This document shows, in pieces, positions 1-8,624 of a stretch of 39,915 bases of DNA. A program made the position numbers and the translations under genes. Source of the stretch: Candidatus Saccharimonadota bacterium (GTDB taxonomy: Bacteria; Patescibacteriota; Saccharimonadia; CAILAD01; BJGX01); contig SICO01000001.1 in the NCBI GenBank assembly GCA_009691435.1, forward strand, positions 1-39,915. Direction: 5' to 3'. The notes under the pieces are model-generated. The model was not told the DNA's origin, did not search any database, and saw only the letters and a program-made list of their open reading frames with translations. Each line of letters begins with the position of its first letter. Position 1 is the stretch's first letter.

Positions 1-1530
1 TACAAATTGCGTGAAACGTTCCAGTGCTTCATTTGCTGGCAGCTCGGAGCCGTCTGGCGCTGTGATCTTTGGTAGTATCTGATTGCCATGCTTATCAGTG
101 ATAGCAACAAATGCTAAAGAAAGTAGACTGGGTGGCGTCTCGCCTACTTCAACATCCATATCTGGGTAGGGTATTCTGGCTGTATTAGCAGTGAAGCGGC
201 TCTGTAGCTCTACACTCAGATCATCAACACCCTTATATCGGTGCGATTTTTCGTTGGCAGTTGCTATCACGCAAAAGCCTGGCTCTACCTTAAGCTCTAG
301 CCCACTATCTTCTTGTACGGTATAGGTGTCACCGGGCTTGAGCTGGAGTATGGTATTGAGCCTCTTAAGTATCTCTGGTGGCATGGCGTTGATTTCATCG
401 AGTATTAGCGGTAAGCCCTTTTGCATAGCGATAACTAACGGCCCGGGCACAAAATAGGTTGCGGTGCCATTGGTAAGTTTAATCCAGTTCAACTTTCTAT
501 CAATCATTGCGTATTCATCTGAGCCTTCAGCAATTTCACCAGACAAAAAACGTCTCTTTTCTTCAGTAGTGATTTCAGCAGCATCGTCAAGGTCAGATTC
601 GGGCCTAGTGCCTAACTCATTTTTGCCCATTAGCTGGTAGGTGTTGGCTTCGCCATAGCCAGAAAATAATAGTGGCTCTTGATCAGGCCGACCATTGATT
701 CTTTGTATACGGCGCGCTATCTCACAAGCCAGTGCAGTCTTGGCTCCGCCTGTCTCACCCACTATCAGAATCGGCTGCCCCAAGATAGCAGATGTCATTT
801 GAATTTTTAGCACCTCTTGCATCTGCGTTGTAAGTAAAAGACCATCATCTAATTGCCTTTTTTTATCTAAGTCGGATCTTCTTTCGAGTTCATTAAGGTT
901 TGCCTCCCTGTCGCCCGCTGACAAAATTTCAATTTTTTGAGATTCTAGTTGTAAAATCTTGGCTTGCATTTTGCTAGCTTCAGAAGACAGGTGTGGTGCA
1001 TTTGGCTCGCCCAGGCTGATTGCTTTTAGGCGCGCTGTTTCAATATTATTTACAAGCATCGTCTGCCTTCTTTCTAGGTGTCGGTATGCAGAGGCCCTAG
1101 CTAAGCATTCTTGCTTTTCGGCACCGAGATTTTTGAGCTCTTCAGCGATACCTGGCTGACGAGTGATTTCCTCGAGCAGGGCTGATCGCTCTCGTAGGTA
1201 CCTAAGGGCACTGTGCGTGTCTTTGGGCTGATCACTCACGAAGGCCTTCCACCTTTTGAGCTCTGCATCGGAGTCATCTTTCGGAAAATGCTCCTTGTAA
1301 GCTGGTCTTTGTCTTGAGGCATCTATGTCCTCACCTTCAAAATCCTTGCGATGATGTATTGCCAAGAACCTGCGGGTGTCTAGTATCTTCTGCCTGGTAT
1401 CAATATAGTCTTCGACAGTATAAGTTCGGGCACTCGGTGCTGGCTGCTCGGGTGTGGCTACTGGCTCTGGGCTAGCCAATGCAGGTGCCAGTAGATCTGA
1501 GGCCGATTGTGGTCTTGGGGCTGTATTCAT
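1..1530 (-). CDS. MoxR/dynein-related AAA+ ATPase (AAA_5-like) with long helical N-terminal region; 3' end runs off the window
   Basis: Manual translation from ATG at 1530 (RBS-like AAGGGA upstream) is open to the window edge (510 codons). Walker A ILIVGETGGAKT, Walker B PLILDEINAM, sensor-1 VIATANEK, Arg finger LQSRF. Absent from the ORF track because it is truncated. Confidence 0.85.
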   Translation of the reverse strand, partial: MNTAPRPQSASDLLAPALASPEPVATPEQPAPSARTYTVEDYIDTRQKILDTRRFLAIHHRKDFEGEDIDASRQRPAYKEHFPKDDSDAELKRWKAFVSDQPKDTHSALRYLRERSALLEEITRQPGIAEELKNLGAEKQECLARASAYRHLERRQTMLVNNIETARLKAISLGEPNAPHLSSEASKMQAKILQLESQKIEILSAGDREANLNELERRSDLDKKRQLDDGLLLTTQMQEVLKIQMTSAILGQPILIVGETGGAKTALACEIARRIQRINGRPDQEPLLFSGYGEANTYQLMGKNELGTRPESDLDDAAEITTEEKRRFLSGEIAEGSDEYAMIDRKLNWIKLTNGTATYFVPGPLVIAMQKGLPLILDEINAMPPEILKRLNTILQLKPGDTYTVQEDSGLELKVEPGFCVIATANEKSHRYKGVDDLSVELQSRFTANTARIPYPDMDVEVGETPPSLLSLAFVAITDKHGNQILPKITAPDGSELPANEALERFTQFV

Positions 1531-1587
1531 GCGCGTCCCTTTCTAATTAAAGTTTATAATTGTCTATATTGTACCATAAGCTTAATT

Positions 1588-1620
1588 AAAAAACCCCCGC
1601 TATTTTAGTGGGGGTTTTTT
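1588..1620. terminator. Intrinsic terminator with A6/T6 flanks (bidirectional type), downstream of the 36-aa ORF
   Basis: AAAAAA-CCCCCGCTA-TTT-TAGTGGGGG-TTTTTT hairpin. Confidence 0.85.
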
Positions 1621-1652
1621 GGTATTTTAATACTACTAATTCGTGCTATTAG

Positions 1653-1763
1653 CTATTGGCAAGCGTCGCACTCGGCGAGATCGCTTGGGTCAATCGGACA
1701 GGTCATTGGCTTATCCCAATCATCTTCTTTAATGGAGCCTGATATTTTTGACTTCTCTGGCAT
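1653..1763 (-). CDS. 36-aa small protein resembling the redox-active C-terminal tail of ribonucleotide reductase alpha subunits
   Basis: MPEKSKISGSIKEDDWDKPMTCPIDPSDLAECDACQ*; strong SD AAGGAGGG about 9 nt upstream; candidate promoter TTTACA-N18-TATGAT; terminator downstream. Confidence 0.75.
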   Translation of the reverse strand: MPEKSKISGSIKEDDWDKPMTCPIDPSDLAECDACQ

Positions 1764-1857
1764 CGGTACTTACCCTCCTTGTTTATTTTTTGATGTATGT
1801 ACCTATCATACTATAGGCATAAATGGTTTGTAAATAGTGTTTGGCATACATTTTTTG

Positions 1858-1873
1858 ACACTACCTGTAGCGT
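1858..1873. promoter_or_regulatory. Candidate NrdR box
   Basis: ACACTACCTGTAGCGT is near-palindromic and matches the NrdR consensus acaCwAtATaTwGtgt at 12 of 16 positions. It overlaps a TTGACA at 1855-1860. Weaker look-alikes at 1825-1840 and 1875-1890. Confidence 0.45.
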
Positions 1874-2042
1874 AGTAAAATATCTGGGTAATGCTAGCCT
1901 AGTACAGATTGTACCATATAAAACGAACACAATACATACATGGAGCTGATTTGGCGATTTTAAACACTCAAGAGGTTGGCTGGAGCACAGGCATTAACCC
2001 CAAAGTTTGCCCTTTAATAAGCATAGGCGTTACAATAAGTAG

Positions 2043-2738
2043 ATGAAAAATAACCAATCTGAGCCTCTATCAGTTGAAGCAATTCAAGAAGCCTGCCAGC
2101 TTAAGCATGATGACGAAACAAGTGAACGGGTCTGCCGGATTAATGAAGAAATTACCCAGGGGTTAGAGCTAATCAGCCATTATCCTAAAAAAGTTACTTT
2201 TTTTGGGTCAGCTAGGTTTAAGGAGGACCACCCAGAATATCAAAAGGCTCGCAATCTTGCTAAGCGCCTGGTGAGCGAGCTAGATTATACTATCGTAACA
2301 GGTGGTGCTGGTGGCATCATGGAGGCCGCCAATCGGGGAGCCAAAGAAGCCGGCGGCAATTCACTGGGGCTCAATATCAAGCTCCCTGCAGAACAGATTA
2401 CCAACCCCTTTGTAACTCAAGCGATTCCCTTCCGCTACTTCTTTACGCGCAAAGTTATCCTAAGCTTTGCCTCCAGAATGTATATATACTTCCCCGGCGG
2501 ATTCGGTACCATGGACGAGTTTTACGAAATCCTAACGCTGGTTCAGACTCGCAAGATACACAAAGTGCCGATTGTTTGTGTTGGGGCGTACTTTTGGGAA
2601 ACTCTCGATAGACATATGCACCACGGCCTGATGCTACCAACTGATACCATCGACGAAACAGATATGGGCCTCTACACTATTACCGATAGCGAAGATACTA
2701 TTATGGAAATTGCCCGTAGCGCCCAAGCACGCAAATAG
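2043..2738 (+). CDS. LOG family (TIGR00730-like) nucleotide 5'-monophosphate nucleosidase / phosphoribohydrolase
   Basis: FGSAR, TGGAGGIMEAANRGA, FFTRK and PGGFGTMDE motifs. Confidence 0.9.
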   Translation: MKNNQSEPLSVEAIQEACQLKHDDETSERVCRINEEITQGLELISHYPKKVTFFGSARFKEDHPEYQKARNLAKRLVSELDYTIVTGGAGGIMEAANRGAKEAGGNSLGLNIKLPAEQITNPFVTQAIPFRYFFTRKVILSFASRMYIYFPGGFGTMDEFYEILTLVQTRKIHKVPIVCVGAYFWETLDRHMHHGLMLPTDTIDETDMGLYTITDSEDTIMEIARSAQARK

Positions 2739-2805
2739 TTATTGGCAAAACTCGCCTGATGGCTATAATAGCTAATACTAGTTAACTAATACATAAGGAG
2801 AAATA

Positions 2806-3186
2806 GTGGACGATAAAACCCCTCTTCAGGCCATCCATCGGCTGATGCCAGAAATAGCCCAGTCAAAAGAAAAAATTAGAACAATCAGGGAGCAACTCAA
2901 GGATGTGATGGAGCAAAACGAGGAGTACAAAAAGCTCGAAGAAGAAATCAAGGAGCTGTCTGGAAAGCGCGCTGAGACCAAAAAGCTCTTGCTGGCTGAT
3001 CGTGATTTTCAGAAAATCAATGCCGAGCTAGACGACGAAAAACTTAAAAATAAAGACCTCCAGGAGATACTTAGCCACTACCTTGTGACTTACTATAATG
3101 AAACGCAAAAAACGGAACTAACCGATGAAACTGGCGAAACAAGACAGCTGCTACTATCGGCCAAGCTTGGCAAGGCTATAGCCTAA
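2806..3186 (+). CDS. Hypothetical coiled-coil protein
   Basis: GTG start with AAGGAG SD and upstream TATAAT; charged heptad-rich helices; C-terminal [11 protein letters not shown] beta-like segment. Confidence 0.75.
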   Translation: MDDKTPLQAIHRLMPEIAQSKEKIRTIREQLKDVMEQNEEYKKLEEEIKELSGKRAETKKLLLADRDFQKINAELDDEKLKNKDLQEILSHYLVTYYNETQKTELTDETGETRQLLLSAKLGKAIA

Positions 3187-3195
3187 CTACTAGGT

Positions 3196-3224
3196 TTGAC
3201 CGAGATAGGCTTTTATGCTACTAT
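3196..3224 (+). promoter_or_regulatory. Sigma70 promoter of rpmE (leaderless-type)
   Basis: TTGACC-N17-TACTAT with TG extension, 9 nt before the ATG. Confidence 0.65.
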
Positions 3225-3233
3225 TACCAGGTT

Positions 3234-3584
3234 ATGAAATCTAGTATTCATCCTGAATTAAAAGCTACAAAGGTCAACTGCCTCGGCTGTGGAACCGCCT
3301 TTGAAAGCACATCTACGGTTGACCAAATTACCGTTGATGTCTGTAGCCTGTGCCATCCATTTTATACCGGCAAACAAAAACTAGTTGATACTGCTGGTCG
3401 AGTTGATAAATTCAGAACACGAACCGAGGCTGCAAAATCTCAAAAGCAAGCCCTAGGTAGGAAAGCTATTAAGGCTAGTAAACGTCAAGCCGCTAAGATT
3501 GCTAAATCCCAAAATAAATTAGAGCCAATAAAGTCAGCTAAAAAAATATCTAAAACCCCACAAGTTCAAGTCAAGGAACAATAA
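3234..3584 (+). CDS. rpmE: 50S ribosomal protein L31 (Zn-binding type) with Lys-rich C-terminal extension
   Basis: IHP...CLGCG...[26 protein letters not shown]. Confidence 0.95.
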   Translation: MKSSIHPELKATKVNCLGCGTAFESTSTVDQITVDVCSLCHPFYTGKQKLVDTAGRVDKFRTRTEAAKSQKQALGRKAIKASKRQAAKIAKSQNKLEPIKSAKKISKTPQVQVKEQ

Positions 3585-3600
3585 ACTAACCTTAAGTATC

Positions 3601-3626
3601 ATAATGCCCTATAATTAGGGTATTAT
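3601..3626 (+). promoter_or_regulatory. Hairpin between rpmE and prfA (terminator or RBS-occluding)
   Basis: ATAATGCCCTA-TAAT-TAGGGTATTAT, ending 5 nt before the prfA ATG. Confidence 0.45.
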
Positions 3627-3631
3627 TTATT

Positions 3632-4699
3632 ATGAAACTGATTAACCCCACCGCCATCAAGAATATCCAGCACGAGCTGTCCGATATAGCCAGCCAGCTT
3701 AGTGATGCCGCCATTTATGCTAGCCCGCGTTCTGCTAAGCTTATTAACAGAGAGCGTGAGCTCTCGGAAAAGTTAGAACTCTTTCAGAAAGTTGCTGCCG
3801 CTGAAGACGACCTAGAAACAGCCAGAATGATGCAAGATGACCCTACAACAAAGGAGTTTGCAACAGAAGAAATTATTAAACTTAAAACGCTCTTAGAACA
3901 GCTAGAAGGTAGCGTCAGGCTAGCTCTTATCCCAACTAATCCTGCTGATCAAAAAAATGCCATTATTGAAATCCGAGCCGGGGCAGGTGGCGACGAGAGT
4001 AGTATCTTTGCTGGCGACTTACTTAGAATGTATGCGCGTTATTGTGAAGACCACGGACTGAGCTTAAGTTTGCTTAGTGAAAATATAAACCCTGTTGGTG
4101 GTTATAAAGAAGTTATTGCCCAAATCCAAGGTAATGATGCTTATGGTACGTTCAAATATGAATCTGGAGTACAGCGGGTCCAGAGGGTGCCAGCTACGGA
4201 AAGCGCGGGGCGTATCCATACTAGCACCGCTACGGTAGCCGTACTGCCAGAAGCCGAGGAGCATGACGTCCAGATTAATCAAAATGAACTGCGCATTGAT
4301 GTTTTTCGTAGCTCCGGCAATGGTGGCCAGAGTGTTAATACTACCGATAGTGCCGTTAGAATTACTCACCTGCCAAGTGGAATTGTAGTCACCTGCCAAG
4401 ACGAGAAATCGCAACTAAAAAACAAACTTAAGGCCATGAGTGTCTTGCGCTCTCGCTTGCTAGATGCCCAAAACCAGCAAAAAGCCAAGGAACTAGGCGA
4501 CCAGCGCCGAGGACAGATTGGGACTGGCGATAGAAGCGAAAAGATACGTACATATAACTTCCCCCAAGACCGCGTCACCGACCACCGTATTGGCTACACC
4601 ACACATAATTTAAATAAAGTTATGGATGGTGATATAGATGCTATCATCTCAGCCCTAAAAACCGCAGCCACTGAAAAAATACTCCACGAGCAACTATGA
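3632..4699 (+). CDS. prfA: Peptide chain release factor 1
   Basis: RVQRVPATE (PxT), [22 protein letters not shown]. Confidence 0.97.
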   Translation: MKLINPTAIKNIQHELSDIASQLSDAAIYASPRSAKLINRERELSEKLELFQKVAAAEDDLETARMMQDDPTTKEFATEEIIKLKTLLEQLEGSVRLALIPTNPADQKNAIIEIRAGAGGDESSIFAGDLLRMYARYCEDHGLSLSLLSENINPVGGYKEVIAQIQGNDAYGTFKYESGVQRVQRVPATESAGRIHTSTATVAVLPEAEEHDVQINQNELRIDVFRSSGNGGQSVNTTDSAVRITHLPSGIVVTCQDEKSQLKNKLKAMSVLRSRLLDAQNQQKAKELGDQRRGQIGTGDRSEKIRTYNFPQDRVTDHRIGYTTHNLNKVMDGDIDAIISALKTAATEKILHEQL

Positions 4700-5517
4700 A
4701 TGTCCGCGAGCTAACTAGATCGGGGCAAAAAAAATTAACTCAAGTTGGGATCAATAGTGCCCAATTAGACTCGGAAATTTTATTGTCTTGGAGCCTTAGT
4801 AAAACTCGCGAATGGCTGATTGCCCACAGCCTAGATGAGCTGGCCCAAAGTCAAGCTAATTTATTTAATGGTCTAATCGCGAGAAGACTAGAGCATGAAC
4901 CGATTTGCTATATTACCAATAGGATAGAATTTTACGGCCTTGATTTTTATGTTGATGATAGGGTCTTGTGCCCTCGGGCCGAAACTGAATTAATTGTTGA
5001 GCAAGCAATCAAACGAGCCCCGCTTAACTCTAGCTTGATTGATTTAGGGACTGGTAGCGGAGCTATTGCTATTGCTATTGCCTACCATCGCAAAGACCTA
5101 ACCATCACAGCAACAGAGATATCCAGTAAGGCCCTCGTTGTAGCCAAGCGTAATGCCGAGTATATTTTAGGGCAGAATAATAATATCAAATTTATAAAAT
5201 CTAACATCTGGGATGATATCAATGGCAAATTTGATACTATTGTTACCAATCTCCCCTATGTATCTACAAGCTACACCCCCAATATGGAGCCAGAGGTAAA
5301 AAAAGAGCCAGCCATTGCTATTTTTGGTGGAGGTAAGGATGGCTTAAGTTTATATCGTAAATTTTACGATGGAATGCCGAGCCATACCAATCCCAAAACC
5401 ATTGTGTTCCACGAATCTGACCCCTGGCAACATGATAAATTAAAAAAACTAGCTAGTCAGGCTAGTTTATCATTACTATTTGAGGACTATTTAATACTTG
5501 GCTTTTCAAAAAAATAA
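4696..5517 (+). CDS. prmC: Release factor glutamine N5-methyltransferase
   Basis: [20 protein letters not shown] (variant of NPPY); ATGA overlap with prfA. Confidence 0.93.
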   Translation: MNVRELTRSGQKKLTQVGINSAQLDSEILLSWSLSKTREWLIAHSLDELAQSQANLFNGLIARRLEHEPICYITNRIEFYGLDFYVDDRVLCPRAETELIVEQAIKRAPLNSSLIDLGTGSGAIAIAIAYHRKDLTITATEISSKALVVAKRNAEYILGQNNNIKFIKSNIWDDINGKFDTIVTNLPYVSTSYTPNMEPEVKKEPAIAIFGGGKDGLSLYRKFYDGMPSHTNPKTIVFHESDPWQHDKLKKLASQASLSLLFEDYLILGFSKK

Positions 5518-5537
5518 AATATTAAACTAGCTAGATC

Positions 5538-6347
5538 CTAACCAGTACCTGTCCAGCGGTTCATGAATATTAAAAGTACAAAAACTATAACGGTAACTGC
5601 TAGGTATTCAATGGTAATGCCCTTTTTTAGAGTGCGTTGCTTATAATGGTAGTAGATACCTCCCCAGCCATAGGCCAAAGCTGTGATAATAGCACTGTAC
5701 TGCGATAGAATAAGCGGTACACTAGGTAGCTGGTATAATACCGTCCACCGTGACGCTACCCAGAAAATCTGGACGGCCACAAAGCCCCAGAGGGCAGCTA
5801 GTATTTGAGGTTTATTTGTAAAATCAAGCAGCCACCACAGGGCTATTAGAAAATTAATAATCCATAATATTAACATCACTAAAGCAGCCGGCCAATGCCA
5901 GTAGACTACAGTCAGGCTGGCCAGAGAGCTGCTAACCAGAATAAATAAAAGAGTCAGGATATTATCCAATAGCAAATTAGGCTGAGGCTGTGTTTCTAGG
6001 TAGCATATTACTCCGTAAACTGCAGATGATACTGCTACAGATAGGATAAACAACAAAGGCGACGTTTTGCCAATGATGTAAACGCTATAAATGTAAAACA
6101 AGCTAATAGCTATCCATAACATTGGTCGCAGTGACTTTGTAATAATTGTTCTAAACTTATTAGTTACAATCAGGCGCCGGAATAAAATATAGTTGAGTAC
6201 TAATCCAGCTGGGATCATGAAGAGTGGCGAGGGTGTGTAATATAAAATGGCAATTGCACAGACCGCAATGAGTACACAGATAATAGTTATTAGGCGCTGG
6301 CCCTGAGTAAATAAATTAAGCCTTTTAATCGCTGTTTTTAAATTCAT
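5538..6347 (-). CDS. Hypothetical polytopic membrane protein
   Basis: About 8-9 hydrophobic segments; overlaps the end of the LCP gene. Confidence 0.75.
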   Translation of the reverse strand: MNLKTAIKRLNLFTQGQRLITIICVLIAVCAIAILYYTPSPLFMIPAGLVLNYILFRRLIVTNKFRTIITKSLRPMLWIAISLFYIYSVYIIGKTSPLLFILSVAVSSAVYGVICYLETQPQPNLLLDNILTLLFILVSSSLASLTVVYWHWPAALVMLILWIINFLIALWWLLDFTNKPQILAALWGFVAVQIFWVASRWTVLYQLPSVPLILSQYSAIITALAYGWGGIYYHYKQRTLKKGITIEYLAVTVIVFVLLIFMNRWTGTG

Positions 6348-7719
6348 AGTCTGCTCCTAATATAATTACTAGCTCGGCTTGAGAGCCAGCGGGGCGATCC
6401 TGCTTGCTAACCTCAACACCTAGCCTATTGCTTAAATACCTGGCGGTGTAGGGTTTGTCGCCATTGGTATAGTCAATGAGCTGAGTTTTACTCTCACCAC
6501 TAGCAATAATAGCTGGAGTCTTTATAACATTATAGCCCAATGATTGCAACACGATTGATAGGGCATAGGCGTATCCAACCTTATCCCCGCCACCAATAAT
6601 TTCAACTTTTGCCGACTCACTCTTAATATAGCCGTCTATCAATAAGCTCTTGATGTACGACTGGATTGACCTATAATTACCAACACCATCGGTCGGTATT
6701 ACTATGCTAGCATCACCAACATTACTATTTTTTACTAACTCTTGACCTTCATTTTCTAGAACCGTATTGACTATGGCATTAGCATCTACTTTGCGGCCAA
6801 TAGCAATTAAACGCTTCATTTCTTCTAGGCTAATATCAGTCGATAAATGATCCCCGACAATAGTAAGCAAGTCATTAACTTTAGCAGGGTTTAAAATGTT
6901 ATCCAGTCCCAGGGCCTTGTCGCGCATTGCCAACAAAACTACTTGTTGTCTTAAAGCCCTACCATAATCATCGCCACAACTCCCCTTACGGCAACGTGTA
7001 AATTTGAGAGCTAGAGCACCATCCATGTGATGGTAGCCAGCCTTAAGATTAAACCCACAGGTGTAAGCGCCATTTCTATCGCAAGGATAATCTGGGTCGC
7101 TTAGATCGGTGGGGTTATAGGCATCAACACCGCCAATAGCATCAACAGAGTTTTTGAGACCTGTAAAATCAACTTTTAAAAAGTAATGGACTGGTACACC
7201 TAAAACCTGACTCACCGTTTGCTTAATAACCTCTGCACCAGAATCCTCCTTCTGCTGTTCTGCGAAAACATAAGCAGCATTTATTTTACTCCACCAAAAA
7301 CCTGGAATTTTAACATACAAATCTCTTGGCACACTAATTAGTACCACATCATTGGTTTTTGGATCAATACTGGCAAGTAGAATTGTGTCGGTCAAATCCT
7401 CTCCCGCATGCCCAGTATCGCCTGTGCCTAAGAGTAAAATATTAACACGCCCCTCGCCTTCACCTTTTAGCTGGTTTAAGTCTAAATCACCCTTAAGACC
7501 TATGGCGCCGGCGCCGTTGTGACTTTTAATAACCTTACTAAGCGTTACAATTGTTTTAACGCCAAAAGCACCAGCTAATAGTACCGTCATACCAAATAGC
7601 ACCAGGAACACTCTTATACCCCAGTGTTTTTTTAGATTTTTCTTTTTTAGACTAGTGGTAGGCGGGGCATCAGGAGAACTATCAATATCTCTAGCTTTAG
7701 GCCTCTTAAATAGTTGCAT
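6325..7719 (-). CDS. LytR-CpsA-Psr (LCP) family cell-envelope glycopolymer transferase with C-terminal LytR_C-like domain
   Basis: N-terminal TM; NILLLG, TDTILL, SVPRDLYV, KINAAY, VDAIGGV, DDYGRALRQQ; C-terminal VIILGADY. Confidence 0.92.
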   Translation of the reverse strand: MQLFKRPKARDIDSSPDAPPTTSLKKKNLKKHWGIRVFLVLFGMTVLLAGAFGVKTIVTLSKVIKSHNGAGAIGLKGDLDLNQLKGEGEGRVNILLLGTGDTGHAGEDLTDTILLASIDPKTNDVVLISVPRDLYVKIPGFWWSKINAAYVFAEQQKEDSGAEVIKQTVSQVLGVPVHYFLKVDFTGLKNSVDAIGGVDAYNPTDLSDPDYPCDRNGAYTCGFNLKAGYHHMDGALALKFTRCRKGSCGDDYGRALRQQVVLLAMRDKALGLDNILNPAKVNDLLTIVGDHLSTDISLEEMKRLIAIGRKVDANAIVNTVLENEGQELVKNSNVGDASIVIPTDGVGNYRSIQSYIKSLLIDGYIKSESAKVEIIGGGDKVGYAYALSIVLQSLGYNVIKTPAIIASGESKTQLIDYTNGDKPYTARYLSNRLGVEVSKQDRPAGSQAELVIILGADYEFKNSD

Positions 7720-7808
7720 ACTGTTTCTATTATAGATGATTAAGCCTTAGCAATAAACACTTATGTATGTTCTGGAATATTGCTGCTAAGCTGTTATAAT
7801 TAACTATA

Positions 7809-8615
7809 ATGGACAACAAAGAAGAAACAGCTGATGTTCACGCTAAACTAGACGATTCAGAACTACTACAGCCAGGCACCGATATTAAGCCAGGAGCCTA
7901 CCCTAATCCCAGCGAGACCGAAGGCAGTCCTAAGCTAGGTACAGGCAATATTGAGGCCGACATTAAAGACTTTAATAATTTTGTAACCCTCCAAGATGAG
8001 TCTGTAGTTGAAGAAAAGCCACAACACAGTCTGCTACATATTATTTGGGAAATTGTAAAGACCCTAATCATTGCTGCCATTGTTGTAATATTTATCAATA
8101 CTTTTGTATTTCAAGCCTACTACGTAGACGGAGGCAGTATGAACCCAGATTTTATTAATGGAGACTACCTGCTAGTTGATAAAATAAAAACCTCACTTAA
8201 AAATATTAGTGGGTTTTTTGGCAATAAGAGTGGCCTAAAAATTAACCGTGGCGATATCCTAGTGTTCAGGCCTCCGGGTAATCCAGAAATCTTTTATATT
8301 AAGAGAGTCATCGGCCTCCCTGGTGAGAGAATAACCTTGAAAGATGGTGTCTTTACGATCTATAACCAAGAGCACCCCAAGGGGCTAGTATTAAAGGAGG
8401 CTTATGTTGACCCGCACTATAAGGCCGAGGGAGAAGTTGATGAGGTTATTGAAGCTAATAATGTCTTTGTAGTTGGGGATAACCGCTCGGCTGGCGGCAG
8501 TTATGATTCTAGAAGCTGGGGGCAACTGCCTCAAGCCAATATCATTGGCAACGCCTTCTTTAGGGTTATGCCACTAAATGATGCCGGTTTTATTAAGCAG
8601 CCCAGCTACAATTAA
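7809..8615 (+). CDS. lepB: Signal peptidase I
   Basis: TM then GGSMNP (Ser), IKRVIGLPG (Lys), GDNR...SYDSRSWG. Confidence 0.95.
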   Translation: MDNKEETADVHAKLDDSELLQPGTDIKPGAYPNPSETEGSPKLGTGNIEADIKDFNNFVTLQDESVVEEKPQHSLLHIIWEIVKTLIIAAIVVIFINTFVFQAYYVDGGSMNPDFINGDYLLVDKIKTSLKNISGFFGNKSGLKINRGDILVFRPPGNPEIFYIKRVIGLPGERITLKDGVFTIYNQEHPKGLVLKEAYVDPHYKAEGEVDEVIEANNVFVVGDNRSAGGSYDSRSWGQLPQANIIGNAFFRVMPLNDAGFIKQPSYN

Positions 8616-8624
8616 CTCTGATAA

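Noticed and set aside
959..1159. 66-aa + strand ORF from the track
   Set aside because: It is antisense to the motif-bearing AAA+ ATPase frame and has no RBS or recognisable features.
4696..5517. PrmC NLPY (and Def GAALAA) motif variants as signs of inactivation
   Set aside because: The other catalytic motifs and the operon context are intact, so these are most likely tolerated lineage variants.
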